Shown: positions 1 through 8,877 of the stretch, piece by piece
Layout of the letters: each line of letters starts with the position of its first letter
Numbering within the stretch: the first letter of the stretch is position 1
From: a virus
Taxonomy: Duplodnaviria > Caudoviricetes
Strand: one strand, 5' to 3'
Virus record (IMG/VR): IMGVR_UViG_3300038824_000003
Location: 1 to 54,410 of that record
DNA length: 54,410 nucleotides
The notes under the pieces: generated by a model
Told to the model about the DNA's origin: nothing
What the model saw: the letters and a program-made list of their open reading frames with translations, nothing else
Database searches by the model: none
Program-made: the position numbers and the translations under genes

Positions 1-99
1 CCCCCCCCCCCGTCACCCAGTTCACCCCTGGGGTGAACCCCAGTTCGCCCCCCCGCATTATCTACGGTATCCACAGGGGGTGTCGCAGCGTTCACCCCC
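1..99. repeat. Terminal overlap of a circular assembly (2-99 = 54313-54410)
   Basis: 98 bp identical at both ends. Base 1 (C) corresponds to 54312 (A), so the C-run is at least 11 here and 10 at the far end. Implied circle is about 54,311 bp. Confidence 0.95.
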
Positions 100-419
100 C
101 CCCTGTCACCCAGTTCACCCCCCTGCAAAGCTTCGGCTTCGCTTTTGGCGCGTTCGCGAAGCTCGTCAGTGACCGGGATGATGTAGTAATTCGATGTGCC
201 GGGACGCTCTTCAACGATCAGTTCGCCATCACGCTGCAATGCGCGGATGGTCTTCTGCGCGTTGCGGGGGCTGACCCTGGTTTTATGTGCCAGCGTATCA
301 ATGCCCGGCCACGCCAGACCGTGTTCATTGGCATTGTCTGCGATCGCGAGCAGCATCAGCAGCTTCGTGCCGCGCTGTTTGCTCGTTTCCCATACATGGG
401 TTGTAACTTTGATACTCAC
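1..419 (-). CDS. Phage replication initiator, N-terminal HTH part (continues at 54410..53720; about 336 aa total)
   Basis: Not in the ORF track. GTG at 419 with GGAGG at 430-426 reads MSIKVTTHVWETSKQRGTKLLMLLAIADNANEHGLAWPGIDTLAHKTRVSPRNAQKTIRALQRDGELI..., an HTH_36-like initiator N-terminus. It is in frame with ORF 53720..54406 and upstream of dnaB. Confidence 0.85.
   Translation of the reverse strand, partial: MSIKVTTHVWETSKQRGTKLLMLLAIADNANEHGLAWPGIDTLAHKTRVSPRNAQKTIRALQRDGELIVEERPGTSNYYIIPVTDELRERAKSEAEALQGGELGDRGGVNAATPPVDTVDNAGGRTGVHPRGELGDGGG
12..121. repeat. Iteron-like repeats, probable replication origin inside the initiator gene
   Basis: GTCACCCAGTTCACCCC at 12-28, 105-121 and 54300-54316. 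Partial copies at 39-51 and 90-98. Palindrome GTTCACCCC-T-GGGGTGAAC at 20-38. Lambda O-like placement. Confidence 0.7.
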
Positions 420-493
420 AGCAGTCCTCCTGGATCGAGGTAAATTCAAGCGTGGGCATCACCGGTGAGTGCGGGGGTCTGGCAATAAGGTAT

Positions 494-522
494 TTGACAG
501 ACCTCACATCTTAAGCTAGACT
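494..522 (+). promoter_or_regulatory. Sigma70-type promoter antisense to the initiator leader
   Basis: TTGACA (494-499), 17 bp spacer, TAGACT (517-522). Confidence 0.65.
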
Positions 523-527
523 CATCG

Positions 528-608
528 TGACGCTGGATACAAACCTGCGGTCAACAGGTTTCCGGTATATGATTGGGTAAATCGCCAGCCCGCTTTTCAG
601 CGGGTTTT
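528..608 (+). ncRNA. Putative ~80-nt antisense countertranscript RNA
   Basis: Follows the promoter. Hairpin AAACCTG-CGGTCAA-CAGGTTT (541-561), then terminator-like AGCCCGC-TTTTCA-GCGGGTT-TT (587-608). No credible ORF here. Confidence 0.55.
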
Positions 609-661
609 CCCATTTACTTTACAGCCCCATAACATACCTTTGCTGATGTTACGATTGCATC

Positions 662-690
662 AGTATGCCGTATGTTGGGGATTTTCGCAA
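662..690 (-). promoter_or_regulatory. Putative promoter of the initiator/helicase operon
   Basis: Minus strand TTGCGA-17-CATACT, giving a leader of about 235 nt before the GTG at 419. Confidence 0.45.
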
Positions 691-746
691 ATAGTGGCGC
701 AATACCCTACCGGCGCTGCCCGCAGGTCGATCCTCTACCCCACGTT

Positions 747-1388
747 CTATGCCTCGACAGTTGCTCCCTTCGCTTCTTTATCAACCGCTTTGCTGGCATC
801 CTGATCGCCTTCCGGCAGTGCTGCCTGAGGCGGGATGATGTTTAATTTCTTCAGCGTGGTCTTGCTGATAAGCGGTTTCTGCACGGTCTTGATCTGCACC
901 GGCAGCCAGTTGGCGATGTAGGCTGGCAGTTTCCAGCGTTTGCCATCCTCGGTCTGCTCTTCTTGCGCCATGCGCTTGACGAAATCCTTGAGCGCGTCGG
1001 TGTCCACCTTCAGCAGCCAGGGGGCACGCTGGATTGCTGCGAGTTGCAAAATTCGCTCGTCGTAGTCCAGGTCTTTGTCGTGCCGGAATTTGAGTCCCGG
1101 AACCGGTTCGAGGTCATCCGGGTAGTGGGCAGCGTGCTGCACGATCAGGTCGCGGGCCTGCTGCTCCAGTTGCTCCGCTGCTTGCTGTGCCGCTTTGAGG
1201 GCGGCTTTGGTTTCGGCCCGGCGCTTGACCAGGCCGGGATTTCCTGCGTCGAATTTTTCGAGCAGCGCATCGGTGGCGTCAGTGTATTCGGTATCGGCCT
1301 GCCCTGCTTCCAGGTCAGCAGCGTCAACCGCTTTAAGGGCGGCGGCCAGTTGCTGCTGGATGTTGATGAGTTCGGTTTTGAGAGACAT
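747..1388 (-). CDS. Coiled-coil early protein (Gam/Gp157-like, tentative)
   Basis: ATG at 1388 behind GGAGG. Alanine-rich helical N-half, then PGLKFRHDKDLDYDE...LLKVDTDALK, resembling Gam/Gp157 C-termini. Confidence 0.5.
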   Translation of the reverse strand: MSLKTELINIQQQLAAALKAVDAADLEAGQADTEYTDATDALLEKFDAGNPGLVKRRAETKAALKAAQQAAEQLEQQARDLIVQHAAHYPDDLEPVPGLKFRHDKDLDYDERILQLAAIQRAPWLLKVDTDALKDFVKRMAQEEQTEDGKRWKLPAYIANWLPVQIKTVQKPLISKTTLKKLNIIPPQAALPEGDQDASKAVDKEAKGATVEA

Positions 1389-1452
1389 ACGTCCTCCGGT
1401 AAATGCTTGACTGTTGGTAAGCTGGCCTCGCCGGGGCGAAGCCAGCGGGTGA

Positions 1453-1821
1453 TTACTTACGGTCTGTAAATTGCCCTGCGGCCCGCTGCCATTGCAGAAA
1501 ACACTGCTCTGCCCAGAATTGGTTTTCTCGGCGATGGAACAAAGCCAGTAATCCGGGGGCGGTTTCCGGGAATGGGTTACGCAGCGGTAGCAATTCCCGG
1601 CAATACATTTGCCGGTCGTTGTCCACTGGCTTTTCGCGAATGACCAGGCGATCCCATTCGTCATCGAACCATTCATCATCTTCGAGATCACGCAATGTGC
1701 ATTCGTGCAGATTGGTCTCAAGGATTTCATGGTCGCGCCAGTGATCGCCTAGCTCGTCCGTCCATCTGCGAACCTGGATAATGTCACCCGGCTTCAACTC
1801 GTAAATGCGTATGATATTCAA
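1453..1821 (-). CDS. Hypothetical protein
   Basis: 122 aa ORF with GGAGG upstream, co-oriented in the early operon. Confidence 0.65.
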   Translation of the reverse strand: MNIIRIYELKPGDIIQVRRWTDELGDHWRDHEILETNLHECTLRDLEDDEWFDDEWDRLVIREKPVDNDRQMYCRELLPLRNPFPETAPGLLALFHRRENQFWAEQCFLQWQRAAGQFTDRK

Positions 1822-1830
1822 GCCATCCTC

Positions 1831-3909
1831 CTAAAACGGGATCAGTTGATAGACGGCGATTAGCTGTTTGCCGGGCACGGTGACGGACGCTTCGCGGTTG
1901 ACCTCTTCGTTGCGGGCCGTGATGCTGACTTCGGTCATCTCCCTGTTCCATTCAGTTTTGGAGATAACCCAGGGGCCAGCGTGCCCCGGCAGTTCGATCA
2001 CCTGACCGGGGGTAAGTGTCAGGGCTTCGACCATGTCGGTCTTTGCACCTTCGACTGTTTCCGGCTCTGGCTCACGTTCTGGGTTCGTTTCGACCTGCTC
2101 AGCTTCGGCATTGTCAGGGGCATCCTCGATGGGCTTCATCACGCTTAGCTGTGTGGCATAGCGTGACTCGCCGGACTTCGGTTTTTGCCACTGCACCAGC
2201 ACGGGGGCGAGCAGCTTACGGGGAAAGGTCGTACCGGCATCCTTCCAGGCATTGACATCCGCCTGCCAGTCTTCGCCCAACGCACGGAACGTATCGCGTC
2301 CGTAAACCAATACCGGTACAGCGGTATTGAGCACAGCCGCCTTGCCATCGTATTCCGTGACCGTGTCGGCCATGAGCGGCCAGTTGTCCAGTTGGGCGCG
2401 TTCGAGGATGGCGGCGTAGGCCATCGATGGGTTGGCAAAATCTGTCCAGGCGTGGCGATTGATCGCGGACATGACTTCGCCCGGCGTCATGTAAAACTGC
2501 GACATGATCCACCGTTCGAGGCGTTCTACCGCGTCTTCATCCCACTTTTCTTCGCGCTTCTGCTGCGGGGCCGGGTTATCTTCGTGCTTCTGCTTGCTGT
2601 TGTTGCTGTTGAATGCGCCCTTGATGGCGGCTCCGGCTGCTGCGCCGGTCGGATAAACCCGGTTCCAGTTATCGCAATCCAGCGCATCGCGGATGTTGGC
2701 GAGGTCAGCCATTTCCTTAAGGGTCAGGCCGTCAACGCCCAATCTCCCACGCATTATTTCCAGCAGTTGATTGAGTGTGTCTTCGGTGGCCCAGGCATGT
2801 TTGGCAGGCTGTGTGGGCTTCTCATCTTCACCGCGCTTGCGGTAGGCGTCGATGACGGCTTGCCTGGCGGCTTCCTGTGATTTGTACTGCCCCCATTCGC
2901 TGGGGCGCTTGACGCCACCCTTGATACCTACCAGGTCGTCCATCTCTTTGGCGGTCATTGAAACACCGAGTTCCATGCAGACCGCTTTGAGCAGGTTGTT
3001 AAGGCTAACCCTATCGACCCATAACTGATGACGATCCGGGTCGAGGTCATCCGTCTTTTGGCCCTTATCCTTGTGTTCGCCGGTGACGTAGTCGGTCATG
3101 GTCTTGATGTCGCCGGGATTTGATTCCGGCGGTGTATCGACCTCTGCTGGTAGCTGATGCAATGAGGCTTGCTGTAAGCGCTGTGCCGGGGCCGGTTTCG
3201 CACCTGCCAGTATTGGCAGCAGATGATGCTGGGTGAATTCGCTCGTCACCCGGATATAGAGCATGTGTTTGGTGACGGTGCGGCGTCCCCCGCTTTTGGC
3301 ATCCGGCACGCTCATGTCCTGCGGGCTGCGCCCGACCACGAACGGAACGCCGGTCAGTCCACCGACCATCTTCTCAATGTCGGCCAGATAGCGACTGATT
3401 TCAGCGATGTCTTTGATTGAGTGGGTACTGATCTGGATATAACCCAAGATGCCGACCTGCTCGATAAAGTCTGGCAGGAAGATGTTGAGACGACCGGTGG
3501 GCTTGCACGCGCAGGGCGGTTCACTGCCCTGCGCGCAAGCGATAGGATCATCGCTGTATGCGCCGGTGGGTTGATCGAAGTGGCGGACCTGCGTTTCACC
3601 ATCGCAGCGATGGAGCAGCGCGGTTTTCGTCCACTCTTCGTACCAGTTGGGGAAGGCGTTATCTGCGGTGGCATGAGCAAGATAGATGTTCTCGAATTCG
3701 CGAGGTTCTTCGCCATAGAGCGACATCCACGCGGCCCGCAGTTCAGCTTCCTGCTGTGCGAATTGTGGGTCGAATTCGACACGAAAGTAATCGAGATCAC
3801 GACCGGGCCGCTTGCCATCCTCCGGGCGTTCATCCCCTTTGAACAGCTTGGCGATTCGGGGCAGACCTTCGCCGAAACGGGAGCTATCTGTTAAGCCTTT
3901 AATTGGCAT
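1831..3909 (-). CDS. Gp3-like (recombination directionality factor-like) protein with long C-terminal extension
   Basis: N-terminus MPIKGLTD...LPRIAKLFKG...RPGRDLDYFRV, RCDGE, CxCKPTGRL and ISTHS is typical of this phage family. GGAGG RBS; ends in acidic/IPF tail. Confidence 0.65.
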   Translation of the reverse strand: MPIKGLTDSSRFGEGLPRIAKLFKGDERPEDGKRPGRDLDYFRVEFDPQFAQQEAELRAAWMSLYGEEPREFENIYLAHATADNAFPNWYEEWTKTALLHRCDGETQVRHFDQPTGAYSDDPIACAQGSEPPCACKPTGRLNIFLPDFIEQVGILGYIQISTHSIKDIAEISRYLADIEKMVGGLTGVPFVVGRSPQDMSVPDAKSGGRRTVTKHMLYIRVTSEFTQHHLLPILAGAKPAPAQRLQQASLHQLPAEVDTPPESNPGDIKTMTDYVTGEHKDKGQKTDDLDPDRHQLWVDRVSLNNLLKAVCMELGVSMTAKEMDDLVGIKGGVKRPSEWGQYKSQEAARQAVIDAYRKRGEDEKPTQPAKHAWATEDTLNQLLEIMRGRLGVDGLTLKEMADLANIRDALDCDNWNRVYPTGAAAGAAIKGAFNSNNSKQKHEDNPAPQQKREEKWDEDAVERLERWIMSQFYMTPGEVMSAINRHAWTDFANPSMAYAAILERAQLDNWPLMADTVTEYDGKAAVLNTAVPVLVYGRDTFRALGEDWQADVNAWKDAGTTFPRKLLAPVLVQWQKPKSGESRYATQLSVMKPIEDAPDNAEAEQVETNPEREPEPETVEGAKTDMVEALTLTPGQVIELPGHAGPWVISKTEWNREMTEVSITARNEEVNREASVTVPGKQLIAVYQLIPF

Positions 3910-3965
3910 TGTAACCTCCCGTAACTCAACGTAATGTGATTCTTACTTTGGTTTTGCATTGGTTG

Positions 3966-4100
3966 TGCTATACTCCATGTAGGGGATCGCACGCTGAGCA
4001 GATCCAAAACTCCCGCGTGCGATTCCCTTCTTTTGTGTTGCCCCCTGCCACACGACACTGATTGGAAGTCGAGGTCGTATGTGCGTGGGGGTTTCCTTTT
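3966..4100 (+). ncRNA. Putative antisense small RNA or tandem hairpin-terminators
   Basis: Extended -10 TGcTATACT (3966-3974), then stem AGGGGATCGCACGC...GCGTGCGATTCCCT-TCTTTT (3981-4034) and a second stem CCCCC...GGGGG-TTTCCTTTT (4041-4100). Confidence 0.4.
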
Positions 4101-4503
4101 AGTAGCGGCACGCTTCCGGCAGCCAGCGCATCCAGGGGCCGGACGGCAGCCCCACGTAAAACCCACTGGGTGGGCCGGGAGGCTGCGGCGGCTTGACTGC
4201 GCCGGTCTGCGTTTCTGCGATTTGCTCCGGCGGCTTGCTGGTGTCGAGCGAGACCCCAACCCGGATTTGCAGTAACCAGGGGCCTTCTGGCCGGTGGTCG
4301 GCACGGAGTGTTTTAACAGACGTGCGGTTTACGCGAACGCCCATCTGCTCGACCCTGGCGAACAGCGCGTCCTCTGTAGCGAAGCCATGCAGTTCTATCG
4401 GGTCATCTACCGTGCCCGCAATGAGTTCGGGCTGCCCCTTGACTGTCTGGAGCACGAGCGGCGCGATGCCACAGGTTTCCAGTTGTGTTGCGATAGCGTT
4501 CAT
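4099..4503 (-). CDS. Hypothetical protein
   Basis: ORF co-oriented with early genes; start uncertain (4503 or 4524). Confidence 0.55.
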   Translation of the reverse strand: MNAIATQLETCGIAPLVLQTVKGQPELIAGTVDDPIELHGFATEDALFARVEQMGVRVNRTSVKTLRADHRPEGPWLLQIRVGVSLDTSKPPEQIAETQTGAVKPPQPPGPPSGFYVGLPSGPWMRWLPEACRY

Positions 4504-4856
4504 GTGTTGAGCGCATCCCTCCATAAAGCTTATTTTACCACAAGCCTGTAGGTCAGGTGTCCTATGAGTGACCTACGCCGATAGCACATTACGTTTGGTG
4601 ATTGTAACATGCCCCGTTTCTATTGTGCGTCAGGGTTTGGTTAGAACTTACGTTCGGTTGCTATATGCGAATCTAGCATGCCTTCAACCCTGCTGCCGTA
4701 GCCCATTACGTCCCGGTTGGGGACTGGCCCCGCCCCACCCTGCCGGAGGTCTATTTGACTGCGATGCTGTTTGGGAGTTCTGGCGTCGATGATGACCCCG
4801 CACCTCTGGGGCGTTTAGGGTCTCCCAGCCGACCGTATGTTATGCTCGTGTAAACA

Positions 4857-5197
4857 ATATTAAGTATGATGTTAAGGGATGTCAATTTGTTGATGGTTAT
4901 AATTATAAGAATTTATTGTGAAAGCTAACCGTATATTACGAAAGGTTATTGGGCATTGGGATGCGGTTATAGTTCCGCACGAATGTCTTTATGCAGTCCC
5001 AATGCAATTGCAATTACGGTTTATAATGGGGTACGCAATTGCATTCAGCAATCGCCCTACCCCACAATCGAGCGTATCCAGTTGTTAAGGTGCGCCGCCT
5101 CAAGTGTAACTTCCCTGAAGGCATGATAGAATTGCATACAGTAGCATTTCTGATGCAGTTCATATACTCAATATATCAGAAATGTTGAATATGTCAA
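4857..5197 (-). promoter_or_regulatory. AT-rich divergent control region with leftward promoters
   Basis: Minus strand TTGACA-17-TAATAT (4885-4857) and TTGACA-16-TATATT (5197-5170). Gene orientation switches here. Imperfect inverted repeat GCATTGGGA...TCCCAATGC (about 4952-5005). Confidence 0.55.
5075..5093 (-). promoter_or_regulatory. boxA-like antitermination motif
   Basis: Minus strand GCACCTTAACAACTGGATA just downstream of the leftward promoter; resembles rrn/phage boxA. Confidence 0.4.
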
Positions 5198-5231
5198 GTA
5201 TGTTTGGTATGCTTGAAGGGAGATTTCATAA

Positions 5232-5465
5232 ATGACTGACCCGAAGGGGAAAGAGTTGACTTCAATTCGTGCATCTAAGGCCACAACGGCCAAAATTAAT
5301 AACATCAAGCGGATGCTTGAATTGGCGCTGGGCCGTGAAGTTACCCAGGAAGAAGTTGTCAATAAAGCAGTCGATATTGCATTTGGCGACCAGTTGGAGC
5401 GAGTGCAAGAAGTGTTGCAGGATTTACTTGATAATTCAGACAATCCGCCACCACCAGTTCAGTAG
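5232..5465 (+). CDS. Small DNA-binding regulator (RHH-like; candidate repressor)
   Basis: 77 aa with strand-helix-helix pattern (LTSIRAS...TAKINNIKRML...TQEEVVNKAVD). GGGAG RBS; first gene of the divergent unit. Confidence 0.55.
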   Translation: MTDPKGKELTSIRASKATTAKINNIKRMLELALGREVTQEEVVNKAVDIAFGDQLERVQEVLQDLLDNSDNPPPPVQ

Positions 5466-5514
5466 ATTGTGCTATGATGCCCATATCGTAATAGCACAGA
5501 TGGAGGTATGGGCT

Positions 5515-6024
5515 ATGGTACGGCGCATCTGGGGTATTCTGTTTTTGCTCTCGTTGGCCTGGATGGGTTACGGGTTACTGGTGACGGCCCAGGCGACGGA
5601 TACGGCGATGGAATCTGCGGCGCAGCGACAGGCCGGGATGTCAGAAGAAGAGCGGGAATTGGCCGAAGCGGGCACGACGATTGGTGTTGGCTTCGGTGCG
5701 GGGTTGTCGCTGACAACGTTCTTCTGCACCGGCGCACCGTTCGCACTGTTGTTCGGCGTGCTGTACTTCCGGGCCGGGGATCGCCAGCAGCGGGATAAGC
5801 AGCACAAAGAGATGCTGGCAGCGGTGCGGGATAGCTCGGATATGCCGGTGAATGCACGCGATATGTCGGGCGGTACGCACGGCAAAACGGAGCGGATACT
5901 GGCGGAGGCGAAAGGGTATCTGCAAGCGAAAGAGTGGGATCGGGCGCGGCAGACGTTGAAGCCGATACGCAAACACCCCACTGCGGCGAAGTGGTTGAGT
6001 CAGTTGGAGGAACGAGGGTTGTAG
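5515..6024 (+). CDS. Membrane protein, two TM segments (candidate superinfection exclusion)
   Basis: ATG behind GGAGG and extended -10 TGcTATGAT near 5469. Hydrophobic IWGILFLLSLAWMGYGLLV and FFCTGAPFALLFGVLYF. Confidence 0.7.
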   Translation: MVRRIWGILFLLSLAWMGYGLLVTAQATDTAMESAAQRQAGMSEEERELAEAGTTIGVGFGAGLSLTTFFCTGAPFALLFGVLYFRAGDRQQRDKQHKEMLAAVRDSSDMPVNARDMSGGTHGKTERILAEAKGYLQAKEWDRARQTLKPIRKHPTAAKWLSQLEERGL

Positions 6025-6363
6025 ATGCGAATTATCGCGACGGATAAACACCAGATTGACCGGCAGTTCCTTGCCATTGAGTTGCAGGGGTTTTTGTGGT
6101 CGCCTGGCGGGCCGCTGCCGTTGTTTGCCGATGAGTGTTGGGATGATACGGACGAGCCAATGGTTAATGAGGCGTGCCCGCATTGTGGGCAGTATCACGA
6201 TCAGCACTACAACAGTACCGGGGCGCTTGACCTAACTATGAGTAATGTGTACTGGACACTGCATCACTGTACCGGCTGCGATGCGGTGTGGTTTGACCGG
6301 CATGTATATGGAGGGCAGTCGTGTCTACCAGCATCACGATTATCGACCCCCACGCGCAGTTAG
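6025..6363 (+). CDS. Hypothetical Zn-ribbon protein
   Basis: CPHC...CTGC pair; abuts the upstream stop codon. Confidence 0.6.
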   Translation: MRIIATDKHQIDRQFLAIELQGFLWSPGGPLPLFADECWDDTDEPMVNEACPHCGQYHDQHYNSTGALDLTMSNVYWTLHHCTGCDAVWFDRHVYGGQSCLPASRLSTPTRS

Positions 6364-7253
6364 ACGAGTTGGGCGCGAAGGTACGCGACGCCGTCCGGCA
6401 GGGGGATAATCATTTGCGGCAGGCGCTGCTTTACCGGCTGAAAGTGGGGCGCTATTTGATCGAAGCGAAGGGACTGTGCCTGCATGGTGAGTGGGGTGCA
6501 TGGATGGATCGCTGGTGGGCGAAATCAGAGCGTACTGCCCAGATGTACATGCGGTTCGTAGGCCTCGTTGATGAAGCCGGGATTTCCGCAACGGTTGCGG
6601 ATTTACCGCTGCTGGATGAGCAGTGGAAACTGGCATCACGCTCCGGGCCGGAGCTGGCAATGCCGGATACCGCAGCGGGCAATGGGGAAGGCGACACTTC
6701 CGCCGTGCGCGAGTCGTCATCCCCCACCCTCACCCCAGGGCCTGTAACAACTGCACCGCCTGATAAAACAGCCATCACCCGGCAGCAGGTTTACGATTAC
6801 CGGTTTTCGATGGTATCGCAGATGATGGACACCGGGGTATTGACGCCGGATCAGGCGCTGGTATTGGGCGACACGTTAAGCGCGTGTGCGCCGAAGGTGC
6901 GCGGCGATATGCTGCTGTCCCAGATTGTGGACAGTGGCGTGATCCGCGAGATGAACCGGTTATGGAAGGCCGGGCGTGAGAGCTATGACGAACTGGTCGC
7001 CAGCCGGTACGTGCAGATGGACAATGACGCAATCCCGCTGGAACGGGCGACGCTTCGCAATCTGCGCGATTACCTGGACGAGAAGCGCGACGAGCACCGC
7101 CGGGCAGCCATTGAGCAGAAGCGGGGGCGGGTAACGTGCAGCGTGGGTGGTGATGTCATGCGCCGGGCGCTGCGAGCGCATAGCGACGTGTGGCGCGATA
7201 TTCCGACTGATGGCCGGGTGATTGTCACGGTCGAGTGGGAGGTGGGGTCGTGA
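6321..7253 (+). CDS. DUF3102-like domain protein
   Basis: VGRYLIEAKGLCLHGEWGAWM...SERTAQMYMR matches the DUF3102 pattern; GGAGG RBS. Confidence 0.7.
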   Translation: MSTSITIIDPHAQLDELGAKVRDAVRQGDNHLRQALLYRLKVGRYLIEAKGLCLHGEWGAWMDRWWAKSERTAQMYMRFVGLVDEAGISATVADLPLLDEQWKLASRSGPELAMPDTAAGNGEGDTSAVRESSSPTLTPGPVTTAPPDKTAITRQQVYDYRFSMVSQMMDTGVLTPDQALVLGDTLSACAPKVRGDMLLSQIVDSGVIREMNRLWKAGRESYDELVASRYVQMDNDAIPLERATLRNLRDYLDEKRDEHRRAAIEQKRGRVTCSVGGDVMRRALRAHSDVWRDIPTDGRVIVTVEWEVGS

Positions 7254-7312
7254 GCGCGTTGGAAACTATGCACGACCTGAAAGCGATCATCGAAGCGCAG
7301 GGCCAGCACAAG
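7250..7312 (+). pseudogene. 5' half of a small gene interrupted by the IscB element
   Basis: GTG overlapping the upstream TGA, with GGAGG. MSALETMHDLKAIIEAQGQHK ends exactly at the element end and joins in frame to 8906..9028. Confidence 0.7.
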
Positions 7313-7560
7313 GTCAACGACCACCCGATAAATCGGGTGGCTTGCAATAAGCGATCCCATGTTGACCAGCCTCAGCCCTACGGGGCTACGTTACAGGCGA
7401 ATGGATAGGCACTCCGGGGTGACGCTCCAGCCCCGGACACTGCGGTGAGTGGTTAAACAGCTTGAGGGTCTAAGGCAGTGCTGCTCACAAGAAACCGCTT
7501 GATAACATTGGCGAGGAGAACTTTATCTGCATAAGCGGAAGTAATGGGGGAAACCCCATC
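7313..7560 (+). ncRNA. omegaRNA (HEARO-type) scaffold
   Basis: GTCAAC...GTTGACCAGCCTCAG, CTACGTT, CCGGGG...CCCCGG and CATTGGCGAGG motifs directly upstream of iscB. The 3' end is approximate. Confidence 0.85.
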
Positions 7561-7581
7561 GTGTTTCTGAAAGGGGACAGA

Positions 7582-8877
7582 ATGCAACGTGTAATGGTAC
7601 TGGACAAGAACAAACAACCACTGATGCCCTGCCATCCCGCACGGGGCAAAGAGTTGTTGGACAAAGGGAAAGCGGCTGTGTTCCGTCAAAATCCCTTCAC
7701 TATCATCCTGAAGTATGTTGTTGAGACAAACAACCAGGACATTCAGATCAAGTTCGATCCCGGCAGCAAAACCACCGGGATTGCACTGGTGGCGAGTTTC
7801 AAGACCGGCAAGCGCGTGATCTGGTCGGCTGATGTGCATCATCGCGGGCAGCAGATCACGAACGGCCTGCTATCGCGGCGGCAGTTGCGCCGAGGGCGAC
7901 GATCTCGTAAGACGCGCTACCGAAAGCCGCGCTTTGACAACCGCCGTCGCGCTGAGGGCTGGCTGCCGCCGTCACTGGAAAGTCGCGTAGACAACTTGTT
8001 AACCTGGGCCGGGCGATTGTGGCGGTTTGCGCCCGTTACTTCCGCCGCAATGGAACTGGTGAAGTTTGATACGCAGGCCATGCAGAACCCCGAAATCAGC
8101 GGGGTAGAGTACCAGCAGGGCGAGTTGATGGGTTATGAAGTGCGTGAATACCTGCTGGAAAAGTGGGGTCGCAAATGCGCTTACTGCGGCGTAACTGATG
8201 TTCCGCTGCAAATCGAGCACATCGTCCCGAAGTCACGCGGCGGCAGTAATCGCGTCTCCAACCTGACAATTTCCTGCCAGGACTGCAACCAATGCAAAGG
8301 CAACCAGACCGCTGCTGAGTTCGGCCATCCGGCGATTCAGGGCAAAGCCAAACGCCCGTTGAAAGATGCAGCGGCAGTCAACGCGACCCGCTGGGCGTTG
8401 TACCGGCGTTTCGAGCAATCCGGTTTGCCGCTGGAAATCGGCAGCGGCGGGCGCACGAAATATAACCGTCGCAAACAGGGCTATCCGAAAGCGCATTGGA
8501 TTGACGCTGCTTGCGTGGGAGAAAGCGGCGAACAGGTCTACATCGCGCCGAATCATGTCCCGCTGGTCATCAGGGCCACCGGGCGACAGTCGCGGCTGAT
8601 GTGCCGCCCGGACAAATATGGTTTTCCGCGCACGAGTGCCAAGAAGGGCCGCGTGCAGTTCGGCTTTCAGACCGGGGACATGGTTCGTGCGGTAGTGACA
8701 AAAGACAAAAAGCAGGGGATCTACACCGGGCGGGTGGCGGTCAGAAGCTCCGGCAGTTTCAACATCACCACCCGCGCAGGCACGGTGCAGGGCATCAGCT
8801 ATCGCTACTGCACCCATTTACACAAATCCGATGGATATAGCTACGAGAAAGGAGAAGCGGCTTCCTCCACCCGATAA
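7582..8877 (+). CDS. iscB: RNA-guided endonuclease IscB
   Basis: PLMP motif, RuvC-I (DPGSKTTG), Arg-rich bridge helix, RuvC-II (ELVKFD), HNH (CAYC...EHIVPKSRGGSNRVSNL...CQDCN) and RuvC-III (HWIDA) are all intact. Confidence 0.96.
   Translation: MQRVMVLDKNKQPLMPCHPARGKELLDKGKAAVFRQNPFTIILKYVVETNNQDIQIKFDPGSKTTGIALVASFKTGKRVIWSADVHHRGQQITNGLLSRRQLRRGRRSRKTRYRKPRFDNRRRAEGWLPPSLESRVDNLLTWAGRLWRFAPVTSAAMELVKFDTQAMQNPEISGVEYQQGELMGYEVREYLLEKWGRKCAYCGVTDVPLQIEHIVPKSRGGSNRVSNLTISCQDCNQCKGNQTAAEFGHPAIQGKAKRPLKDAAAVNATRWALYRRFEQSGLPLEIGSGGRTKYNRRKQGYPKAHWIDAACVGESGEQVYIAPNHVPLVIRATGRQSRLMCRPDKYGFPRTSAKKGRVQFGFQTGDMVRAVVTKDKKQGIYTGRVAVRSSGSFNITTRAGTVQGISYRYCTHLHKSDGYSYEKGEAASSTR

Noticed and set aside
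1389-1730. N-terminal extension of ORF 747..1730
   Set aside because: It overlaps ORF 1453..1821 in another frame; the RBS supports a start at 1388.
7582-8877. Cas9
   Set aside because: Too small, has a PLMP domain and an omegaRNA, and lacks a REC lobe and array; this is IscB.
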